Shown piece by piece: positions 51,616 through 57,813 of a stretch of DNA of 58,215 nt. Each line of letters opens with the position of its first letter. Position 1 is the first letter of the stretch. Source of the DNA: a virus (taxonomy: Duplodnaviria; Caudoviricetes); IMG/VR virus record IMGVR_UViG_3300010354_000102, positions 1 through 58,215 of that record; one strand, 5' to 3'. The notes under the pieces were generated by a model that made no database searches, was not told where the DNA came from, and worked only from the letters and a program-made list of their open reading frames with translations. A program made the translations under genes and the position numbers.

Positions 51616-52698
51616 TTACTGTACTCCTAGTATAGTTGTCAAGACTGTTAATAACCATTCTGGTAAGGTAGTTCGTTTTCGATTCAATTTTAATTGAGTA
51701 AATCGTAAACGTTCAGCACCTGTATCCTGATTATATTTAACAGTTAAGTTTGCCAAATGTGTTGATGTTAATGTAAATGGTCCTGCTAGAGTTTCAGTTG
51801 TAAACACAAAATAATATCGTAAACTACCGATTTCTGATGGTTTATATTTTAAAATTTCCTTAGCACCAGAAATAAATGTCTCTACAACAGGACCATCGAA
51901 TTTATTTGCCAAAGAAATATTTCTTTGATAGAATTCGTCTGGAGTCCATGCACCGATACTAACCCAATCAGTTGGATCTGTTACGCTTAATGGATTCTTT
52001 GTTACGGTAGGTTTTAGCACATAAACACCAAAACAATCTATCTTAACAAAATATTTTCCCCATTGAACAATCCATTCACGGTCAAAGAAGTTTCTTTCCG
52101 TAAAATATCCACCAAAAGTATAAGTGACAGATTCTCCAAACCCTCCAACATTTCCAGAACCAAATCCAGTGCCACCAACAAAACTTCCAGGCGTTGAGTA
52201 TGTAACTCCTAAAGGATTATCCATACGATTTGCTTCTGGAACATTTGACGGACCTAACACATACGGTTCCTGAAATGCCCCAACAGACCAAATTGCACTA
52301 CCAGCGGATGCTAATTTTATTCCTTTAGTTACAATCTTTCCTTTACTATCAACTTCTGTTCTTTTATCTCCATCTTGAGGTAAAGGAGATTCAAAAACAC
52401 AATTAGTCATTCGACCAGTGACGGAGACAATTGTTGGAATCGTGTTATATGCCGCTGCAATTGCCTCCTCAATTGGATCTACTTCAAATGTAATAGGTAT
52501 ACTAAACAAATCATATGTGCTTACATATGGTTGTATTGGATTGTCGGAGTATTTCCTGTTTTCAATTAGCTTCCTAGGATTAATTAAATTAGGTCGTAAT
52601 TGATTTGGAGTAACGATCGGAGGTATTCTACCAGCAAGAGAAAAATCGGCAAGACCATATGTAACATTAAAGTTTGATAAGAAACCGATTTGAGTCAT
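51616..52698 (-). CDS. Hypothetical protein, probably virion/baseplate-associated
   Basis: 360-aa ORF coupled to the PAAR gene. Confidence 0.6.
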   Translation of the reverse strand: MTQIGFLSNFNVTYGLADFSLAGRIPPIVTPNQLRPNLINPRKLIENRKYSDNPIQPYVSTYDLFSIPITFEVDPIEEAIAAAYNTIPTIVSVTGRMTNCVFESPLPQDGDKRTEVDSKGKIVTKGIKLASAGSAIWSVGAFQEPYVLGPSNVPEANRMDNPLGVTYSTPGSFVGGTGFGSGNVGGFGESVTYTFGGYFTERNFFDREWIVQWGKYFVKIDCFGVYVLKPTVTKNPLSVTDPTDWVSIGAWTPDEFYQRNISLANKFDGPVVETFISGAKEILKYKPSEIGSLRYYFVFTTETLAGPFTLTSTHLANLTVKYNQDTGAERLRFTQLKLNRKRTTLPEWLLTVLTTILGVQ

Positions 52699-52916
52699 TC
52701 TCCTTGCACTTCTCCTTCCAATTTATTTAGACGCATGTGTAAATCATCTAGAACAACGTTCAATTTTTCATGCTTCTCCTTTGTCGGAGCGCGGTAAAAG
52801 ATATCAAAAGACTCAGGAACCTTCTTCTCCAAACGACTCAAACGTTCGTCAAGTTTATCGATCTTACTCAGCAGTTGAATTGCCAAATCCTTGACCTGCA
52901 GTTCCTCTGAGCTCAT
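52695..52916 (-). CDS. Hypothetical coiled-coil protein
   Basis: MSSEELQVKDL...; ATGA overlap with the downstream gene. Confidence 0.6.
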   Translation of the reverse strand: MSSEELQVKDLAIQLLSKIDKLDERLSRLEKKVPESFDIFYRAPTKEKHEKLNVVLDDLHMRLNKLEGEVQGE

Positions 52917-53154
52917 CTTCAATCTCTCCAGTTAATTCTGAACTACCGCCAAAACTGGCAGTATCTTCGTACATAATATTGCCAGCCTCGTCAAAAGCAG
53001 AAATATTGACTTTATCATCAACAGTATAAACACCTTGATAATACTTGTCAGCCATCTCAAGCATATGATCTGCTAACTTGTCATAATCATTAAATTCAAC
53101 GTCATCAAGAACTTTACCATCCTTGTTGACAACTTTGTAGTTAATTCTATTCAT
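52864..53154 (-). CDS. Hypothetical acidic protein
   Basis: Start MNRINYKVV overlaps the upstream stop. Confidence 0.6.
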   Translation of the reverse strand: MNRINYKVVNKDGKVLDDVEFNDYDKLADHMLEMADKYYQGVYTVDDKVNISAFDEAGNIMYEDTASFGGSSELTGEIEDELRGTAGQGFGNSTAE

Positions 53155-53356
53155 CTTCATTTTCTTCATCTCCTACGTAGTTAACGAAATCTTCGTCAAT
53201 TCTTTCAAGTAAAATAGTGCCATCTTTGTTGAGTCTCCACTCTAGCACATCACCTTCTTCCCACCCAACCGAATCGATAATCTCGTCGGGAATCGTAATA
53301 TAATATTCACTAAAATCTTCATTATATTCTACTGTAGATTCAAATACTTTATTCAT
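53147..53356 (-). CDS. AbrB/MazE/SpoVT-like DNA-binding protein
   Basis: YYITIPDEIIDSVGWEEGDVLEW...DGTILL swapped-hairpin signature. Confidence 0.75.
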   Translation of the reverse strand: MNKVFESTVEYNEDFSEYYITIPDEIIDSVGWEEGDVLEWRLNKDGTILLERIDEDFVNYVGDEENEDE

Positions 53357-53385
53357 TAAAATAATCGCAAGACACAATTATATAT

Positions 53386-53553
53386 TCAAGAATAGTGAAT
53401 ATCTTTGGGAAGTAACTTGTGTTGGCAATAACTTACCGCCTGCACAAATTCGCTTCTTATGTGAAACTCTAATGCTCTCTGAGTTCCTCTATCACCACAA
53501 AAAATAATTATGTTCTCCGCAGAAAGTATTATAATGTGGTGAAGTTGTTCCAT
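53386..53553 (-). CDS. Hypothetical protein (55 aa; not in the ORF track)
   Basis: MEQLHHIIILSAENIIIFCGDRGTQRALEF...; TAATG coupling to the upstream gene. Confidence 0.6.
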   Translation of the reverse strand: MEQLHHIIILSAENIIIFCGDRGTQRALEFHIRSEFVQAVSYCQHKLLPKDIHYS

Positions 53554-53954
53554 TAACAATCGCTGCTGTCAACCTCAAAGAACAACGCAATTGTAATACG
53601 CTTGCGACGGCATTCACGAGATTGGGTTCCTGGCGTATTTATTACAGTCGGAGGAACAACGACAGGACCGCCAGCACCTTGAAAGAAACTCGGAGGGTGA
53701 TATTGAGTTGATCCCTGTGCTCCAAATGCCTGGGCAACTTGCGATCCCCTTAAAGCATTATCCATGTTCTCCATCCAAGCATTAATACCTGGCATACTCG
53801 CAAAGTATCCCTTGCCGCCACCTGGCAGATTATAGGTTGCCCCGAACGGTTTATCGGAATACTCGGTGGCATTATTCAAATTTTGTGCGTTTGCTGCAAA
53901 CACAGCACTCGGCATCACTGCGAGACCAAGGGCGGCACATAGAAGTTTTTTCAT
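53553..53954 (-). CDS. Hypothetical exported protein
   Basis: Signal peptide MKKLLCAALGLAVMPSAVFA. Confidence 0.7.
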   Translation of the reverse strand: MKKLLCAALGLAVMPSAVFAANAQNLNNATEYSDKPFGATYNLPGGGKGYFASMPGINAWMENMDNALRGSQVAQAFGAQGSTQYHPPSFFQGAGGPVVVPPTVINTPGTQSRECRRKRITIALFFEVDSSDC

Positions 53955-54163
53955 GATTTATGCAGGTTGTCTTTTTCTACAAGGATTCTAGCAAGACTTT
54001 TGAAGGATGTCAACCCCTGCCATTGCAATTTAATTAATTCCTTTGAAACTATCCAAATATATCCGAATTCCTCAACCAGTGTGGTTCGGGTGCTTTGGGG
54101 GTTACAAACGGTCACTCCAGATTTCCAAGGGGGCACAGAGTCTATCGAGGTTTTTTGAGTCAT
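53951..54163 (-). CDS. Hypothetical protein
   Basis: 70 aa; ATGA overlap with the downstream gene. Confidence 0.5.
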   Translation of the reverse strand: MTQKTSIDSVPPWKSGVTVCNPQSTRTTLVEEFGYIWIVSKELIKLQWQGLTSFKSLARILVEKDNLHKS

Positions 54164-54280
54164 TTTGTTTGGGAAAAATTTTTTTTCTGAGCGTGTAAAT
54201 GATCGAGCGTTTTCAAAGTTTTGTAGGTTAATAGTATCTATGACTTTTCGCTCGGCCGCGCCGCTATAACGGTATCGTTA

Positions 54281-54307
54281 TAAAATAACTGCCCCCGAAG
54301 GGGCAGT
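54281..54307 (-). terminator. Intrinsic terminator closing the early island
   Basis: ACTGCCCC-TTCG-GGGGCAGT-TATTTTA (UUCG tetraloop) right after the stop at 54311. Confidence 0.88.
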
Positions 54308-54310
54308 GTG

Positions 54311-54493
54311 CTAGGATGCCAGACGGCGCAGTTGGCGCTCGACCTGCCGCAGGGCGTTCACATCGCTGGGCGTCTTGCTGGTGGTGACCGTCTGCCCTGC
54401 TGCGTTACGCCATACCATGTGAGACGACTGCCTGATACATGTGTATCCGTATGCCTGCATCAGGGCGTTGCGCTCGCGTTCGATTTTTTTCAT
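54311..54493 (-). CDS. hicA: HicA-like protein (solo)
   Basis: 60 aa, basic; GY...RQSSHMVW...VTTSKTPSD resembles the HicA G(F/Y)..R.GSH...VTVP fold. Confidence 0.6.
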   Translation of the reverse strand: MKKIERERNALMQAYGYTCIRQSSHMVWRNAAGQTVTTSKTPSDVNALRQVERQLRRLAS

Positions 54494-54496
54494 GGG

Positions 54497-54691
54497 TCAG
54501 TCGTCGTGAGAGAAGGCGGGCAGAGCGGCGATCGCCTCATCAGCGAAGCGATCAGCGAAGGCACCTGCCAGCCAGGTTGCCTCTACGGTGATGGGCAGAT
54601 CGTTGCCCATGGTCTGAGGCGAGGTCTCAGTCTTGCGACCTGCCCATACGATCTCGCGGGTCTTGAGATCGGATGCCATGCTCATGATCAT
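54497..54691 (-). CDS. Early hypothetical protein (MIMSMASDLK...)
   Basis: ATG at 54691 lies downstream of the TAGACT -10 box at 54720-54725. Confidence 0.65.
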   Translation of the reverse strand: MIMSMASDLKTREIVWAGRKTETSPQTMGNDLPITVEATWLAGAFADRFADEAIAALPAFSHDD

Positions 54692-54738
54692 CGGTCTGTC
54701 TCCTGTGTGGTGTGCTGTCAGTCTAGAGGCGATGCCCC

Positions 54739-54909
54739 TCAGTCGCGGTCGCTGATGTTCCAGATGCCCCACTGACCCTCGCCGTTGGCGTGGCGGTCAC
54801 GGGTCTGGATTGCCTGCAGGCGCTGGTCGCTAGTGTAGGAATCCCACAGGGAGAGGTCGGTGCTCTGGTAGCAGTCAAACCAGATTTGATTCGCTTCGGT
54901 GATGGTCAT
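54739..54909 (-). CDS. Early hypothetical protein (56 aa; not in the ORF track)
   Basis: MTITEANQIWFDCYQSTDLSLWDSYTSDQRLQAIQTRDRHANGEGQWGIWNISDRD; has its own promoter. Confidence 0.7.
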   Translation of the reverse strand: MTITEANQIWFDCYQSTDLSLWDSYTSDQRLQAIQTRDRHANGEGQWGIWNISDRD

Positions 54910-54950
54910 CGGTCGTTTCGTTTCGATGTGATCAGTCTACAGGGTCGGCG

Positions 54951-55091
54951 TCAGTCAACGGCGGCGATCTGTGCCACCTTCTCTGCTGTCACACGGTCAA
55001 GGGTCTGGGCGAGACTGATCACGCTGCCGATCGTTTGAGAGAACATCAGCAGGATGGCGGCGATCAGGGTGAGGCGGATGAGGTTTGCCAT
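54951..55091 (-). CDS. Early small membrane/secreted peptide (46 aa; not in the ORF track)
   Basis: MANLIRLTLIAAILLMFSQTIGSVISLAQTLDRVTAEKVAQIAAVD; hydrophobic N-terminus; has its own promoter. Confidence 0.7.
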   Translation of the reverse strand: MANLIRLTLIAAILLMFSQTIGSVISLAQTLDRVTAEKVAQIAAVD

Positions 55092-55170
55092 GGGTTCGTT
55101 TCGATGTGATCAGTCTACAGGCAGCGGATACGATAAAGGGAGCAGCGTGTGCCACTCCCTAGACCGTCAC

Positions 55171-55605
55171 TCAATAGTCGCTGAAGATGTGAGTCGAGCG
55201 GTACGAAGTGCCATCATCACAAGAGGTGAAATCGTAGCGCAGCGAAGTATCCCACGTTGCCTGCCAATCGATCACCAGAGCAGAGGGAACTTCGTAGAGT
55301 TCGCTATAGTATTCCTCAGCGAAGTCTGCCTCGCTAGAGTAGCAACCACGATAGCGATCATCACATCCTTCGATGTCGCTAACGCTACCCATTTCATCGA
55401 TCAGGGCATCAACTGCCTCGTAACCGATTGCTTCACCACAACGCACATACTCTTCATAGTATGCAACGAAGTTGGTCTCATTACGCTCGTCGATGAACTC
55501 AAGCATGTCGTCGAGAGCATAGTTTTCATCGAGCAATTCGTCGATCTTCTCTACAGTAGCAGCAGCGAGAACTTCTTTGTAGTTAGAGGTGAGAGTCACG
55601 GTCAT
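55171..55605 (-). CDS. ardA: ArdA-like antirestriction (DNA-mimic) protein
   Basis: Very acidic; YRGCYSSEADFAEEY...P...IDW....L.YD resembles the ArdA C-terminal signature. Confidence 0.75.
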   Translation of the reverse strand: MTVTLTSNYKEVLAAATVEKIDELLDENYALDDMLEFIDERNETNFVAYYEEYVRCGEAIGYEAVDALIDEMGSVSDIEGCDDRYRGCYSSEADFAEEYYSELYEVPSALVIDWQATWDTSLRYDFTSCDDGTSYRSTHIFSDY

Positions 55606-55684
55606 TTGCTTTGTTTGGTTGACTTGATCAGTCTAAGGGGTCAGGATGGGAGTTTGGTGGTGGCGTGTGCCACCTTGTAGAGTG

Positions 55685-55852
55685 TCACATGCCGTTGAGA
55701 AAATCTGCCATCGCTTCCTGGTACGCCTCGTAGGTCTTGAAGCGATCAGCGAAGCGAGCGGGCACCTTGCCATCGAACTTCGGGGGTTTGGGCAGATCAC
55801 GGCCCTTGTCGAGGATCTGCTGAGCGTAGGGGTTGTAGTGGGTTTGTTTCAT
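55685..55852 (-). CDS. Early hypothetical protein (55 aa; likely leaderless; not in the ORF track)
   Basis: MKQTHYNPYAQQILDKGRDLPKPPKFDGKVPARFADRFKTYEAYQEAMADFLNGM; ATG 6 nt after TAGACT. Confidence 0.7.
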   Translation of the reverse strand: MKQTHYNPYAQQILDKGRDLPKPPKFDGKVPARFADRFKTYEAYQEAMADFLNGM

Positions 55853-55912
55853 GCTGTTAGTCTACAGGGTCAGGTGGTAGGATCGGGGCGGCCGCGGCCA
55901 CCTTGCCGACTG

Positions 55913-56098
55913 TCACATCACATAGATGCCGTGCTGCTGGTAGTGGGCAGGATAGTTGGCACGCCAATTGGCAAGGCGAGCCACCAGCGTCTCATCATCA
56001 GAGCGGTGGTGCAGATCTACTAGCCACTGGGGGCAGGTGCCATGCTCGGCGGTGAACATGGCGAGCAGGGAAGCGATGATGCGAGGGCGGTTGATCAT
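55913..56098 (-). CDS. Early hypothetical protein
   Basis: 61 aa with its own promoter and an AAACGACCC-ATG leader. Confidence 0.7.
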   Translation of the reverse strand: MINRPRIIASLLAMFTAEHGTCPQWLVDLHHRSDDETLVARLANWRANYPAHYQQHGIYVM

Positions 56099-56141
56099 GG
56101 GTCGTTTGCTGATGTGATTAGTCTACAGGGTCAGCAGGCGC

Positions 56142-56345
56142 TCAGCGAGCGTTGCAGTGACAGTTCACCCACTGACCCATGCTCACGGGCGGCTTGATCA
56201 GCATCTTGATGATGGCGCGACGCGATACGTTCTCGTAGCGGTAGAACTTCGTGCCACCACGATAGCGAACGCGAACGGTGCCCGTGATAGGATCGGCGGT
56301 CATGCGAGAGATGGCAGTCGAGCCCAGGGTGAATGCTTTGAACAT
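56142..56345 (-). CDS. KTSC-like small protein (basic)
   Basis: STAI...D...TVRVRYRGG..YRYENV...SMGQWVN pattern. Confidence 0.6.
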   Translation of the reverse strand: MFKAFTLGSTAISRMTADPITGTVRVRYRGGTKFYRYENVSRRAIIKMLIKPPVSMGQWVNCHCNAR

Positions 56346-56447
56346 GTGTCGTTTGTGGTTGACTTGATCAGTATAGAGCCAGGGCGGCCGCGGCCAACGT
56401 GCTAGTGTGCCACCTTGCCAACTGACCCCAGGCGGCCGCCCAGTTTG

Positions 56448-56645
56448 TTACACTAACACATGGCGATAGTCAATCGATTTGATACACCAACCAGTTGCAC
56501 ATGTGATCTCTTCAATTAGATCATCTTCATCAACTGCCTCCCAAATCATACCAATGGTCTCATCAGTAATGTTGCTAAAGTTATGCTCGGGGAAGTCATC
56601 ATCTTCGTCAAAATCAAACTCGATTGCAGTAACTTGAAACAACAT
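56448..56645 (-). CDS. Early acidic hypothetical protein (MLFQVTAIEFDF...)
   Basis: ATG 2 nt after the upstream stop; WEA.DEDDLIEEIT..TGWCI motif. Confidence 0.7.
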   Translation of the reverse strand: MLFQVTAIEFDFDEDDDFPEHNFSNITDETIGMIWEAVDEDDLIEEITCATGWCIKSIDYRHVLV

Positions 56646-56647
56646 AA

Positions 56648-56821
56648 TCAACCCTCCAGCAGTTCAGGATAGTGATCAGAAACCTCAGTGATTAACTCTT
56701 CTTCAGTATAATCATTGAAGCACTGAACTAGCATGTCGTATGCATACATCTCCAGCGTTTTCATGTCCATGTTATCAAGAACTTGCTGGGCGTAGGCATC
56801 AATCAATTCTGCTTTGTTCAT
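56648..56821 (-). CDS. Early acidic hypothetical protein (57 aa; not in the ORF track)
   Basis: MNKAELIDAYAQQVLDNMDMKTLEMYAYDMLVQCFNDYTEEELITEVSDHYPELLEG; has its own promoter. Confidence 0.72.
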   Translation of the reverse strand: MNKAELIDAYAQQVLDNMDMKTLEMYAYDMLVQCFNDYTEEELITEVSDHYPELLEG

Positions 56822-56906
56822 GTGTCGTTTGCTTTGACTCTGTTAGTATGGCACAGCATCTAGGGGTTTGGGAGGATGCTGTGCCACTTCTCAAACTGGC
56901 ACAATA

Positions 56907-57035
56907 TCAGATATCGTATGCCTCATCGATGACATCATCCCATGAGTAATCTTCAACGATCAAACTATCACCATCTAGAAAAATGTCTGCCATCTCTTGC
57001 TCAACAATCTCCTGATACATTTCGGCGGTTGTCAT
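56907..57035 (-). CDS. Highly acidic mini-protein (42 aa; not in the ORF track)
   Basis: MTTAEMYQEIVEQEMADIFLDGDSLIVEDYSWDDVIDEAYDI; GGAGG Shine-Dalgarno upstream (alternative start 57050). Confidence 0.6.
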   Translation of the reverse strand: MTTAEMYQEIVEQEMADIFLDGDSLIVEDYSWDDVIDEAYDI

Positions 57036-57079
57036 TGAGAATTCCTCCATTGGTTTGTTTGTATATAGTGGGGCAATTG

Positions 57080-57394
57080 TCAGTTAAGACGCATACCCGA
57101 GAAGAAAGGAACAGCGTCGCCGTTTACAGTGATGAACCACTCACCTTTCTTTTGAAACACACGCTCACCCTCACAACCGTGTGCCTGAAGAATAGCATTC
57201 AGGCGAGATTTGGTGGTGTTGGTTTGCCAACCGCCATCAAACAGGCGAATCCAGGTATCACCAATCTGGGCGATATTGTTGCCGTGAAGGAATACAAAAC
57301 TCACACCATCTTGGTTGCTCACCATGGTGTTATCGAGTTGCCAATCACGCTCATTGGTGATAGCATCGTTCATCAGGCGTTCGATCTTTCGCAT
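57080..57394 (-). CDS. Conserved phage early hypothetical protein (GGWQTNTTKSRLNA family)
   Basis: Start MRKIERLM lies downstream of a sigma70 promoter; LHGNNIA and TTKSRLNAI motifs. Confidence 0.75.
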   Translation of the reverse strand: MRKIERLMNDAITNERDWQLDNTMVSNQDGVSFVFLHGNNIAQIGDTWIRLFDGGWQTNTTKSRLNAILQAHGCEGERVFQKKGEWFITVNGDAVPFFSGMRLN

Positions 57395-57417
57395 GGGTCG
57401 TTTGTGTTGACTTTCAT

Positions 57418-57446
57418 AGTATGGGGCAGATCGGGGCAAAAGTCAA
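57418..57446 (-). promoter_or_regulatory. Sigma70-type promoter
   Basis: TTGACT-N17-CATACT. Confidence 0.8.
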
Positions 57447-57499
57447 CCCCCCTAACGATCACCAAAACTTATGGGTCACATTAGGGGGGCTTATGATAG

Positions 57500-57540
57500 T
57501 TTTCCACAGGGTTGTGGAAAACTTTGATTAGTTTTCCACA
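57500..57540. promoter_or_regulatory. Three DnaA-box-like 9-mers (TTTTCCACA)
   Basis: 57500-57508 (+), 57513-57521 (-), 57532-57540 (+); intergenic. Confidence 0.7.
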
Positions 57541-57543
57541 GGT

Positions 57544-57708
57544 TTAATATTCATAATCACCATCAAATTTCAACTTTTTCTGTTTCTTTGGTGTGCGACC
57601 CTTGTTTTGCACTTTTACGCCATATTGCATCTCTAATTCTTGTTCATCAAAATTGTCGAATTCGTTATAGAAATTCTCTTTGAAGTTGCCGCCCTTTTGT
57701 TTAGCCAT
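57544..57708 (-). CDS. Hypothetical protein (54 aa; not in the ORF track)
   Basis: MAKQKGGNFKENFYNEFDNFDEQELEMQYGVKVQNKGRTPKKQKKLKFDGDYEY. Confidence 0.6.
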   Translation of the reverse strand: MAKQKGGNFKENFYNEFDNFDEQELEMQYGVKVQNKGRTPKKQKKLKFDGDYEY

Positions 57709-57784
57709 CGATTGAAATGTGTTCTGAGAGGTGTCTAGAATCGTCTGTAAGAGATATTGATAACCAAATTGGTGTCAATACCCC

Positions 57785-57813
57785 TTGACAAACATATTTA
57801 TCTGTGGTAGTGT
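57785..57813 (+). promoter_or_regulatory. Putative antisense sigma70 promoter
   Basis: TTGACA-N17-TAGTGT with a TGTG extended -10. Confidence 0.5.

Larger units (their letters stand above)
54720..56903 (-). promoter_or_regulatory. Array of eight early promoters, each a TA(G/T)ACT or CATACT -10 box plus an upstream 24-bp palindrome
   Basis: -10 boxes start at 54720, 54934, 55112, 55630, 55859, 56120, 56370, 56845. TGTGCCAC-N8-CTGTCACA-like sites start at 54756, 54970, 55148, 55666, 55894, 56156, 56406, 56880. Spacer 29-30 nt in every case. Confidence 0.88.

Noticed and set aside
307-54158. Many short plus-strand ORFs and nested minus-strand ORFs in the track
   Set aside because: They are antisense or alternate-frame shadows of recognisable long genes, with no motifs or expression signals
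53147-54493. AbrB-like and HicA-like genes as a toxin-antitoxin pair
   Set aside because: They are separated by a terminator and three genes; HicA normally pairs with an adjacent HicB
54527-54536. HIP1 sequence GGCGATCGCC
   Set aside because: A single copy inside a GC-rich CDS; not evidence of enrichment
54970-54993. Palindrome as a CRP (TGTGA-N6-TCACA) or NtcA (GTA-N8-TAC) site
   Set aside because: The half-site spacing is 14 nt, not 6, and there is no GTA/TAC core
54700-57420. Recurrent repeats as a CRISPR array or attC-type cassette array
   Set aside because: The repeats are degenerate, irregularly spaced, separated by whole ORFs and contain -10 boxes; no cas or integrase gene is in the window
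2961-57439. Track start positions at 3212, 51280, 53377, 54772, 56651 and 57439
   Set aside because: They use upstream alternative codons that overlap other genes or promoters; downstream ATGs (3161, 51214, 53356, 54691, 56645, 57394) fit the coupling and promoter positions
54308-57484. Longer plus-strand ORFs (155, 208, 125, 180 aa) in the early island
   Set aside because: Expected in GC-rich DNA; promoters, leaders, the terminator and protein motifs all point to the minus strand
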